A stretch of 64,000 bases of DNA from an uncultured Eubacteriales bacterium (GTDB lineage: Bacteria; Bacillota; Peptococcia; Peptococcales; SKKY01). The notes below the pieces were generated by a model, which made no database searches, was not told the origin of the DNA, and was given only the letters and a program-made list of their open reading frames with translations. Below are positions 20,336 through 28,922 of the stretch, piece by piece (the first letter of the stretch is position 1; each line of letters starts with the position of its first letter). Where the stretch lies: contig CAZXPJ010000002.1 of NCBI GenBank assembly GCA_964642925.1, positions 80,494-144,493 of the forward strand, read 5' to 3'. A program made the translations under genes and the position numbers.

Positions 20336-20907
20336 TGAAAGATATTAGTATTTTGATCGTAGGAGTTGGAGGCCAAGGTACATTGCTTACTAGCCGAATT
20401 TTAGGTAGTGTGGCAATGGAACTAGGTTATGATGTTAAAATGAGTGAGCTTCACGGAATGTCTCAAAGGGGAGGGTCTGTTGTAACTTATGTAAAAATGG
20501 GGGAGAAAGTAAATTCTCCTATTATTGAGGAGCAAGAGGCAGATATTATTTTAGCTTTTGAAGAACTTGAGGGTTTAAGGTGGAATAGGTTTTTGAAGAA
20601 AGATGGACTAATGGTTGTAAACACTCAGAAAATTGACCCTATGCCAGTAATTATAAGAAAAGCTGAATATCCAAAGAATATAAGAGAAAAATTACAGGAA
20701 GCCTATCCAGAGACTATTTTAATTAATGCTTTAGAGATAGCTAGAAATTTAGGTAATGTAAAAGTGGTTAATGTAATTATGTTGGGCAAAATTGCTCGAA
20801 TCCTTGAGATAGAGGAAGAATTATTTATTAAAGCTATTAAAGAATCAGTACCTGCAAAATTGCTAGACTTAAATAAAGAAGCCTTTGCAGCGGGTTATAA
20901 TAGTTAA
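20335..20907 (+). CDS. iorB: indolepyruvate ferredoxin oxidoreductase subunit beta
   Basis: 190 aa. Contains ILIVGVGGQGTLL, the gamma-type domain of 2-oxoacid:ferredoxin oxidoreductases. The ATG overlaps the iorA stop codon. Confidence 0.85.
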   Translation: MKDISILIVGVGGQGTLLTSRILGSVAMELGYDVKMSELHGMSQRGGSVVTYVKMGEKVNSPIIEEQEADIILAFEELEGLRWNRFLKKDGLMVVNTQKIDPMPVIIRKAEYPKNIREKLQEAYPETILINALEIARNLGNVKVVNVIMLGKIARILEIEEELFIKAIKESVPAKLLDLNKEAFAAGYNS

Positions 20908-20922
20908 AGGGGGTAATTAAGG

Positions 20923-22224
20923 GTGCAAATTTGGAATCCTATATTTGAATGTATGGATAGAGAAGAACTGAAAAGAGTTCAGTCAGAGAGATTGGCTGCA
21001 GCTATAGATAGAGTCTATCATAATGTACCTTTTTATAGAAAAAAGATGCAGGAAAAGGGCCTATTACCGGGGGATATAAAAACTATAGATGATTTAAAAA
21101 ATCTTCCCTTTACTAATAAACAGGATCTTAGAGATAATTATCCCTTTGGATTGTTTGCCACCCCTATGAGTGAGATAGTGCGGATCCACGCTTCCTCTGG
21201 AACTACAGGAAAACAAACTGTTGTTGGCTACACAAGGAGGGATTTAGATACCTGGTCAGAAGTAATGGCTAGAACTCTAACAGCAGCGGAAATTGGTAGG
21301 GATTCATTTTTGCAGATAGCTTATGGCTACGGGTTATTCACAGGTGGTTTAGGAATTCATTATGGGGCAGAAAAAGTAGGAGCTTCAGTTATTCCTATCT
21401 CCGGTGGAAATACAAAAAGTCAGTTACAGGTTATGGAGGATTTTGGAACAACAAATCTAGCCTGTACTCCTTCCTATGCCTTGTACCTTGCGGAAGAAAT
21501 AGAAGAAAGAAATATAGATAGAAATAAACTAAAACTTAGAACGGGAATTTTTGGTGCAGAACCTTGGACGGAAAGTATGAGAAAAGAAATTGAAGAAAGA
21601 TTAGGAATAAAGGCCACAGACATTTATGGCTTATCAGAAATTATAGGACCTGGGGTTGCTTTTGAATGTATGAGCAGAAAAGGATTACATATTTCTGAAG
21701 ATCATTTTATACCTGAAATTATTCATCCTGTTACAGGAGAAGTTCTAGAGGAAGGTAGTGAGGGAGAACTAGTCTTTACTACAATTACTAAAGAAGGTCT
21801 TCCTTTAATTCGTTATCGTACTCATGACATTTCAAAACTAAGCTTTAGCAAATGTGATTGTGGTAGAAGTCTAGTTAGAATGACCAAGGTAACAGGTAGA
21901 ACGGATGACATGTTAATTATTAGAGGAGTAAATGTATTCCCATCACAAATTGAAAGTGTTCTCTTAGAAACATCAGATATTGCTCCTCACTATCAGTTAA
22001 TTTTAGATAGAAAAGGAAAGTTAGATGAATTAGAAGTCTTAGTGGAGATGTCTCCTAATTTGTTCTCTGACGAAGTAAGGAAACTGGAGATAGTTGAGTC
22101 AAATATTAAAAAAGAATTACAGTCTACATTAGGTATTAGTGTAAAAGTGAGATTAGTGGAGCCTAAAACAATAGCTCGAAGTGAAGGAAAAGCTGTGCGG
22201 GTAATAGATAAAAGAAAGTTCTAG
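20923..22224 (+). CDS. paaK: phenylacetate--CoA ligase family protein
   Basis: 433 aa with a GTG start. Contains SSGTTGK and typical PaaK N- and C-terminal domains (E.M.REEL...Q.ERL; [20 protein letters not shown]). Confidence 0.88.
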   Translation: MQIWNPIFECMDREELKRVQSERLAAAIDRVYHNVPFYRKKMQEKGLLPGDIKTIDDLKNLPFTNKQDLRDNYPFGLFATPMSEIVRIHASSGTTGKQTVVGYTRRDLDTWSEVMARTLTAAEIGRDSFLQIAYGYGLFTGGLGIHYGAEKVGASVIPISGGNTKSQLQVMEDFGTTNLACTPSYALYLAEEIEERNIDRNKLKLRTGIFGAEPWTESMRKEIEERLGIKATDIYGLSEIIGPGVAFECMSRKGLHISEDHFIPEIIHPVTGEVLEEGSEGELVFTTITKEGLPLIRYRTHDISKLSFSKCDCGRSLVRMTKVTGRTDDMLIIRGVNVFPSQIESVLLETSDIAPHYQLILDRKGKLDELEVLVEMSPNLFSDEVRKLEIVESNIKKELQSTLGISVKVRLVEPKTIARSEGKAVRVIDKRKF

Positions 22225-22248
22225 TAAATTCCTAAGGAGGTAAAAATT

Positions 22249-22680
22249 ATGTTGGTAAAACAGATCTCTGTTTTTATTGAAAACAAATCAGGACGTCTTG
22301 CGGATGTGGTGAGCTGTCTTGCGGCAGAAGGCATCGATACTAGAGCTCTTTCCCTGGCGGACACAACAAATTTTGGTGTCCTCAGACTTATTGTGGATCA
22401 ACCGGAAAAAGCTATGGAAACTTTAAAAAAATCTAACTTTGCTGCTAGCACTACGGAAGTAATTTCTGTAATGATCCCAGATGTTCCAGGGGGATTAGCG
22501 GAAGTATTAAATATCTTTTCTGAAAGAAATATAGACATTGAATACATGTATGCTTTTATTGGTAAGGAGTCAGAGAAAGCTACTGTAATCTTGAGGATTG
22601 ATAATCCTCAAGAGGCAATTACAAAATTAAAAGGTAGTAAAGTTGAACTGCTTCCCGCAGAAAGAGTTTATAGTATGTAA
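22249..22680 (+). CDS. ACT domain-containing protein (two ACT modules)
   Basis: 143 aa. Begins QISVFIENKSGRLADV. It is the standard partner gene of paaK and iorAB clusters in anaerobes. Confidence 0.75.
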   Translation: MLVKQISVFIENKSGRLADVVSCLAAEGIDTRALSLADTTNFGVLRLIVDQPEKAMETLKKSNFAASTTEVISVMIPDVPGGLAEVLNIFSERNIDIEYMYAFIGKESEKATVILRIDNPQEAITKLKGSKVELLPAERVYSM

Positions 22681-22683
22681 AAA

Positions 22684-22714
22684 ATAGGCCCCTTTATAAA
22701 AGGAGCCTATTTTT
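22684..22714 (+). terminator. terminator after the ACT gene
   Basis: ATAGGCCCCTT-N5-AAGGAGCCTAT stem (one mismatch) followed by TTTT. Confidence 0.65.
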
Positions 22715-22731
22715 AAAAGGAGGAAATAAAG

Positions 22732-23034
22732 ATGATGACTATTAATTCTATACAAGAAATTCAAGAGGCTATTTCACAAAATGAGTATGTACTTCTTTTT
22801 ATTGGAGATTCTGCCTGTAGCACATCTAGAGCTTTAGATAATAAAATTGAAGAATTTGGTCAAAAGCATTCCAAAGTTAAAGTTCTCTATACTTTGCTAG
22901 CAGCCTTGCCCAGCCTTGCTTCTGAATATATGGTTTTTGTAGCCCCTCTTGTAATACTTTTTGTTGAGGGAAAAGAAGTTTATAGAGAAGGAAGATTTGT
23001 AGAGTTTGCAAAATTAGAAAAGTTTATCCAATAA
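22732..23034 (+). CDS. thioredoxin-fold protein with monothiol C-x-x-S site
   Basis: 100 aa. The layout is beta-strand VLLFIG, then SACSTS at the WCGPC position, then a cis-Pro region APLVILFVEGKEV. Confidence 0.5.
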   Translation: MMTINSIQEIQEAISQNEYVLLFIGDSACSTSRALDNKIEEFGQKHSKVKVLYTLLAALPSLASEYMVFVAPLVILFVEGKEVYREGRFVEFAKLEKFIQ

Positions 23035-23069
23035 AAGTAAAAAAAATAGGTGGAAAGGGGGCGGATTAT

Positions 23070-26000
23070 ATGGAAAATATTGTAAATATTCTAACCCAAG
23101 TGACAGCAGGAGCTTTTACAGGTTATATTACAAATACCTATGCAATAAAAATGCTTTTTAAAGAATATACAATTTTCAAAAGCATTAAAATAGGTGGAGT
23201 AATAATTAAAACCAAGGATGATTTTATAAAAAGAATCAGTGAATTGGTGGAAAAAGATATAATCAATGATAAAACCCTTGGTCGTGAACTACATAAAGAG
23301 AAATTTAAGGAAAGTATAGACAACTTTACAAGAGATTTCTTTATTGAAGCCCTCTTTGAAAGATTAGGAGACAGGAAGATAAAGGATCTTCAATTTTCAG
23401 CTGAAACAATAGAGGAAGCAAAAAAATATATTAAAAAATTGATCGAGAATAATATAGAGGAAGCTAGTGATTTAGTATTTAAAAATATAACTTTACAGGA
23501 TGTTTTGAGCCCAGAACAATTATCAATAAGTTTAAATAACCTGATTACAATAGTTTTAAAAAGAATTAATGACCAAGAAGTGGCTTCAGAGTTTATCCAA
23601 GAATTCCTTAAGGAAAATGGACATTATACTATAGAAGAATTATTTAAACTATCAGAAGGAATCTTAGAAGAAGAAATTAATAAAATTTATCTTGAAAACC
23701 CTAATTTGATAGATAGAATTTTTGCCATAATAAATAAAGAGGATTTGATTAAGAATTTTCAGTCTGTATTAGGGAATAAAAAAATAAAAGATATACTATT
23801 ACCCTCCCCCAGAGAAAATACTTTGGAAGATTTAAAGAAAAGTCTTAATATATTTATGGAATCACAAGAGGGATCCTTTCTGTTAAAAGAACTTTCTATA
23901 GAAATAATTAAAAAATTAAAAGAAAATGATAAATCCCCTATGGACCTCCTTGGGGATGATTTTATGTCAGAGTTAGAGGAATATTTAGAGAATATTTTAC
24001 CTTTTTTCATATCTCAAGTAGTACTGTGGATAAAAGAAAATTCCAAAGAAATAGAAGACCTTATTCAAGAAGGAATAGATGAAACTGTCCAGGGCGTAGA
24101 AGGAATGCGAGGAATGCTCCTGGCCATGATTAAAGATACTCTCTTAACAGACCTAGCATCAAAAAATATGCTAGCTCAACAGCTTGTAGATTTTATTAAT
24201 GACAAAATTAATCTTAAAGAAGTATCTTCAGGTATTTATGAAGAAATTTTTGCTTTTTTGAAAAAGAAAAAGATTAGCGAAATTATTGATGTTTTAGAAA
24301 AAAATGTTTTAATTAATCCAGAGATTCTGGCAGGGTATTTTAAAAAAGGATTAAATATTTTACTTGATTCTTTTGGAGTTAAATTATTAGAAAAATCAGT
24401 AGGTGAGATCTACCTGCCTAACTTTTCTGAAATTATAAATTCCCAAGAAGCTAAGGAAATTGTAATTAAACAATCAACCCAGGCTCTTAATCAAAAATTG
24501 GCAAATACTTTAAGGATTCCTTTAGAAGACCTTCTTCCTAAAGGAAATATTAAGTATCAATTTACCATGAAAAAGAAATCCTTCAATTTACAGGAAGATA
24601 TTTCTTTGACCATGCCTACTGTTGGAAAGGAAATAATCTTAACCTCAGTAGAAAATTATATTAAAAACTTGAAACATAAAGATTTAGGCTCCTATCTAAA
24701 TAGTTTTAATCAGAACCAGAATATTCACAAAAATACTGCGGAAAAACTACTTAACATACTTCATATAAATCTTCCTCAGATTCTTTCTGGGAAAATAGAA
24801 GCTTTAGTAGCAGATAATCTGAATAAACTTACTCCAGAAGAAGTAAGTGAAGTTGTTCATGACTTTATGGGTAGGGAGTTAGAGCCAATTACTAAGTTTG
24901 GTGGATTTTTAGGTGGAATTGCAGGCCTAATTCTTGCCCTTACTGGAGGAGGCATTCCTTTAACCTCTTTTGCAATTAGCCCTTTTTCATTATTGATATA
25001 TGGGGCTGTAGGAGTATTAACAAATGTTTTGGCATTAGAAATGATCTTTAGACCCTATAAAGAAAAAAAGTTTCTTAATAAAATTGGACTTTCTAATATC
25101 TCCCAAGGTTATATTATGAAAAACAAAAAATCTTTTGCTAAAAACATGGGAAAATTTGTTGATGAAAGTCTTTTGGAGCGAAGAATGATTACCAGTCGTT
25201 TTGAAAACCTAAAAATGGAATTAGCTTTTAATATTAAGAAAGAAATTTCAAAGGAAGATTATGCAATAATTGAAAAACTAGTTAATGAAAATCATTCAAA
25301 GATTGAAAGTGAACTTTTGGAAAAATCTCTAAAATCAGTTGAGAAAAACAAGGAAATTATAAGTAAAAATATTGCTGAAAAAGTTTCTATGATAGAAATT
25401 GGAAAATTACTTGGTCAAGACTTTAATAAGATAATTTTTTATGGGGAAGAGAAAGTAAGACAAACATACAAGAATCTGCTATCTTCAGAAGAAAAAATTT
25501 ATAAGCTTATTTCTCCAGAAATTTCTCATTTTTTAAAAATAAACCTTGAAGAAAAGATAGAATTATATTTAAATGGTGTTAAGGGACTAATATCCCAAAT
25601 AAAATCTCAAGAATTTATGAATGAACCCGTATCTTCCTGGATAGGTCATGGAAGAAAAAAGGATTTAGCTGATAAAATCCATGAGAAAGTTGAAGCAGGC
25701 TTATTCAATGAAAAATCAATTGGTAGAATATCCCACTTGATAAGAAAGAAAACCCAAGAACCATTAAATTCTAATTCCACAATAGGGAACATTTTTAATG
25801 GTAAACTTAGAGAATATGTGGATAATAACATTCCCTATATTATGGATAAATTAGAAAATTTAATTTTAAGAGCACTTGTAAATAACAAAGAAGATATTAT
25901 TAGAAAAATTCAATTAAATGTATATGAAAACTTAGCTGGCTTACAAAAAGGAGGATATGCTCTAATGGGGGGAGACCAGTTGATCGTAGATGTTTCAGAG

Positions 26001-26966
26001 CATATTATCTCAACAAAATTGCCCCCTTATCTAAAAAAATCAAAAAAGGACCTAGGAATGAACTTCAAAAAGGTCCTTGAAGAAAAGTTTTATACAATTA
26101 AACTTAAAGATATTCAGCTAAGTTTAAACGAAAAAGAACTGGACGTATTTATAACAGAAATACTAAGTTCGGAGGCTACAAAAAACAATATTCTTAGAGT
26201 GGTGCATTCTGCATCCACAGAAATAATTGCAAAAGTAGCAGAACTTCCTTTGGAAAAAATTATTGAAATATTCGGAAAAGAATTATTGATTTTAGAAGAA
26301 GATTTTTCCCATGAAGTAGACCTAAGAAAAAAAGAAATTTCAAAAGTAATTTCACAACATATTCTATTAATTATAGAAAGATTAACCTCCAAGATTAGTT
26401 TTAAAGATTTATTTGAAAACAATGAATGCTTTATTAATATTTTAGGAGAAGATAGAAGAACGGGAAAAGTATTCCACAACTTATTATTAAAAACTTATAA
26501 TGAAGATTTAAAAAAACTAAAGTTAGAGAATATTATTTCTCCTTCCTTACTTGCTATGGATCTTGAAAAATCTCTAGAGAAAACAATCAAAAATCCAGAG
26601 ATGCAAGATTATATACAAGAATTGATAGTAGAGATTATTAAAGATCTTGGTGAGAACCGATTGTCTTTTATAGCTCCTGAGACAAAAGATGATATATTAG
26701 ACCTTATAGTTTTTTCTGGATTAGATTCTTTAGAAAAGAATCTTCCAGATATATTATTAGCAGTGGATTTTAAAAGAATTACAGAAGAAGAAATAAATAA
26801 AATGGAAGGGAGGGAAATTCATAATTTATTTAAATCCTTTGCAGGGAAATACTTTACCCGTCTTAAGCTTTGGGGAGCTATCGGAGCAGGTTTTGGAATC
26901 CATGGGGGAATTAGTTTATTGGCTACAGTATCTTATTTAATGAAAAGAGGAAGAACTAGTGAGTAA
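23070..26966 (+). CDS. giant tandem-DUF445 membrane-associated protein
   Basis: 1298 aa. There are two DUF445-type N-terminal signatures: GYITNTYAIKMLFKEY near aa 18 and GVLTNVLALEMIFRPY near aa 648. There are two matching module ends: EVSEVVHDFMGRELEPITKFGGFLGGIAGL near aa 600 and REIHNLFKSFAGKYFTRLKLWGAIGAGFG at the C-terminus. I saw no P-loop. Confidence 0.7.
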   Translation: MENIVNILTQVTAGAFTGYITNTYAIKMLFKEYTIFKSIKIGGVIIKTKDDFIKRISELVEKDIINDKTLGRELHKEKFKESIDNFTRDFFIEALFERLGDRKIKDLQFSAETIEEAKKYIKKLIENNIEEASDLVFKNITLQDVLSPEQLSISLNNLITIVLKRINDQEVASEFIQEFLKENGHYTIEELFKLSEGILEEEINKIYLENPNLIDRIFAIINKEDLIKNFQSVLGNKKIKDILLPSPRENTLEDLKKSLNIFMESQEGSFLLKELSIEIIKKLKENDKSPMDLLGDDFMSELEEYLENILPFFISQVVLWIKENSKEIEDLIQEGIDETVQGVEGMRGMLLAMIKDTLLTDLASKNMLAQQLVDFINDKINLKEVSSGIYEEIFAFLKKKKISEIIDVLEKNVLINPEILAGYFKKGLNILLDSFGVKLLEKSVGEIYLPNFSEIINSQEAKEIVIKQSTQALNQKLANTLRIPLEDLLPKGNIKYQFTMKKKSFNLQEDISLTMPTVGKEIILTSVENYIKNLKHKDLGSYLNSFNQNQNIHKNTAEKLLNILHINLPQILSGKIEALVADNLNKLTPEEVSEVVHDFMGRELEPITKFGGFLGGIAGLILALTGGGIPLTSFAISPFSLLIYGAVGVLTNVLALEMIFRPYKEKKFLNKIGLSNISQGYIMKNKKSFAKNMGKFVDESLLERRMITSRFENLKMELAFNIKKEISKEDYAIIEKLVNENHSKIESELLEKSLKSVEKNKEIISKNIAEKVSMIEIGKLLGQDFNKIIFYGEEKVRQTYKNLLSSEEKIYKLISPEISHFLKINLEEKIELYLNGVKGLISQIKSQEFMNEPVSSWIGHGRKKDLADKIHEKVEAGLFNEKSIGRISHLIRKKTQEPLNSNSTIGNIFNGKLREYVDNNIPYIMDKLENLILRALVNNKEDIIRKIQLNVYENLAGLQKGGYALMGGDQLIVDVSEHIISTKLPPYLKKSKKDLGMNFKKVLEEKFYTIKLKDIQLSLNEKELDVFITEILSSEATKNNILRVVHSASTEIIAKVAELPLEKIIEIFGKELLILEEDFSHEVDLRKKEISKVISQHILLIIERLTSKISFKDLFENNECFINILGEDRRTGKVFHNLLLKTYNEDLKKLKLENIISPSLLAMDLEKSLEKTIKNPEMQDYIQELIVEIIKDLGENRLSFIAPETKDDILDLIVFSGLDSLEKNLPDILLAVDFKRITEEEINKMEGREIHNLFKSFAGKYFTRLKLWGAIGAGFGIHGGISLLATVSYLMKRGRTSE

Positions 26967-27726
26967 AAAAAGCAAATTAGTATTTTTTTTAATAATAGCA
27001 TCCTTATCATTCTTTACTTTTTCTGGATGTGATCGGGGGCCGAAAAAAATCACAGAACCATTAAATATCATATCTATCAATCATGATGATGTGGTAAAAA
27101 AAGAAGAATCGGTTCTTATAGAATATACAATTAAATATCCACAAATAAAAGAATCTGGAAATCATGCCGGCTTAATTAAAATAAATGAGTATTATAAAGA
27201 GCAATTTAATGAAATGACGGAAAAGGATTGTCAAGAATCGAAGAGGATGGCGGAGGAAGACTATCAACAAGCAATGGAGGCAGGATATGATTTCCGTAAT
27301 CACGCTTTGGGTAACAGTTTTGAGGTGACTTATAATAATAATGGCTTATTATCAATAAATAATATTGAATATAGATATTGGGGTGGAGTACATCCAAATT
27401 CCTTTAGGGAATCGTCTTTTTTTGATATTAATAACGGGCAAAGGTTAACATTAGGAAAATTATTTAACAAAGAAGATGATAAAGCTTTTAGTTATGTTTT
27501 AGGAGAAGTAAGAAAACAGATAGAAGAAATAGGAATTGATGAATTATATTTATTTGAAGATGCTCTTGAGCTTTTAGAAGAGTCTTACTATGAAAATGAT
27601 TTTTATTTTGATGGTGAAAATCTTGTAATATATTTTCAACAGTATGCTATTGCCCCTTATGCTGCAGGTTTCCCAGAATTCAAGATACCTATAAAGGACA
27701 TTCCATATTTCAATAAAAGGGGTTAA
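26959..27726 (+). CDS. DUF4163/DUF3298 (RsiV/PdaC-like) lipoprotein
   Basis: 255 aa. Has lipobox FSGC, YPQI...KIN.YY (DUF4163-like) and YWGGVHPN...FFDI..G..LTLGKLF (DUF3298-like). The GTG start overlaps the upstream gene by 8 nt. Confidence 0.7.
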   Translation: MSKKSKLVFFLIIASLSFFTFSGCDRGPKKITEPLNIISINHDDVVKKEESVLIEYTIKYPQIKESGNHAGLIKINEYYKEQFNEMTEKDCQESKRMAEEDYQQAMEAGYDFRNHALGNSFEVTYNNNGLLSINNIEYRYWGGVHPNSFRESSFFDINNGQRLTLGKLFNKEDDKAFSYVLGEVRKQIEEIGIDELYLFEDALELLEESYYENDFYFDGENLVIYFQQYAIAPYAAGFPEFKIPIKDIPYFNKRG

Positions 27727-27729
27727 AAG

Positions 27730-28854
27730 ATGAAAAATTCTTTAGTTATCGGAGAAGTTAAAGGTATTAAAATAGAGATTAACATTAGTTGGCTAATTAT
27801 TTTTGCCCTTGTAACTTTTATGCTAGCAACAAACTTTTTCCCTCTAAATTACCCTGAATGGGATACCACTCTTTCTTGGTTTCTAGGAGCCTTGATAGCA
27901 ATCTTTATGTTTGTTTCTGTTCTCTTACATGAATTATCCCACTCTATTGTTGCTATTAAAAATGGTATAGATGTGAAAAAAATAACTCTATTTATTTTTG
28001 GTGGAGTGGCGCAAATTGAAAAAGAACCAGATGAGCCATTAAAAGAACTAAAAATTGCTATAGCAGGTCCTGCCATGAGCATATTCCTAAGTGTAGTGTT
28101 TTCTCTCTTAGCAGGTGGTGCAGCAGCTCTAGGAGCATCAGAATATATCACTGTGCCTTTAAATTATCTTGCAGCTGTAAATATGGTATTAGCAATATTC
28201 AACATGGTTCCAGCCTTTCCTTTAGACGGTGGTAGGGTGCTGCGAGCTTTAATTTGGTATTTCAAAAAAGATATAAGAATGGCTACCAAAATCTCTTCTT
28301 CTATTGGAGGTTTCTTTGGCTATTTCCTAATTTTTACGGGTATATTCCAGGCTTTAGGAGGTCAATTTATAGGTGGCCTTTGGTTCGTTTTTATTGGATG
28401 GTTTATTAATCAAGCATCTCAAATAAGTTATCAGCAAACTCTAATAACGGATATTTTTAAGAAGATAAAAGTAAAAGAATTTATGACAAAAGATGTAGTT
28501 GTGATTGATTATCATAAGACCATAAAAGAGATGGTTGATGAATATCTATATAATTATAAATATAAAAGTTTCCCAGTAAGAAGGATAGATGAGATAGTTG
28601 GAGTAGTTGGTATAAATGAGATTAAAAATATGCCAAATCATCTTTGGGATGAGAAACTTGTTGTTGAAATAATGCGTCCTCTTACTGAGGATATGGTAGT
28701 TTCTCCAGATAGCAATGTAACGGATTCCCTTAAGAATTTAGCAAAAAACGGACTAGGCCGGGTTTTAGTTATGGAAGACGAGGAAGTTGTAGGAATAATA
28801 TCTAACACAGATGTTCTTAACTATATTAGAATTAATAGTGAATTAGAGGCATAG
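27730..28854 (+). CDS. site-2 protease (M50) family zinc metalloprotease with C-terminal CBS pair
   Basis: 374 aa. Contains HELSHS (HExxH), NMVPAFPLDGGR, multiple TM segments and two CBS-like repeats at the C-terminus. Confidence 0.85.
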   Translation: MKNSLVIGEVKGIKIEINISWLIIFALVTFMLATNFFPLNYPEWDTTLSWFLGALIAIFMFVSVLLHELSHSIVAIKNGIDVKKITLFIFGGVAQIEKEPDEPLKELKIAIAGPAMSIFLSVVFSLLAGGAAALGASEYITVPLNYLAAVNMVLAIFNMVPAFPLDGGRVLRALIWYFKKDIRMATKISSSIGGFFGYFLIFTGIFQALGGQFIGGLWFVFIGWFINQASQISYQQTLITDIFKKIKVKEFMTKDVVVIDYHKTIKEMVDEYLYNYKYKSFPVRRIDEIVGVVGINEIKNMPNHLWDEKLVVEIMRPLTEDMVVSPDSNVTDSLKNLAKNGLGRVLVMEDEEVVGIISNTDVLNYIRINSELEA

Positions 28855-28922
28855 TACTATTTGAAAATTCTGTTATAATTAGAATGGTTTAATATATGTA
28901 ATAGGTAAAGGGGTTTTATATT

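Noticed and set aside
26114-26479. 121-aa minus-strand ORF inside the giant DUF445 gene. The same applies to 23138-23323, 23759-24010 and 25646-25831.
   Set aside because: These are antisense to a continuous 3.9-kb reading frame. The Ser/Phe/Ile-rich products mirror the Lys/Glu/Asn codon bias of the sense strand.
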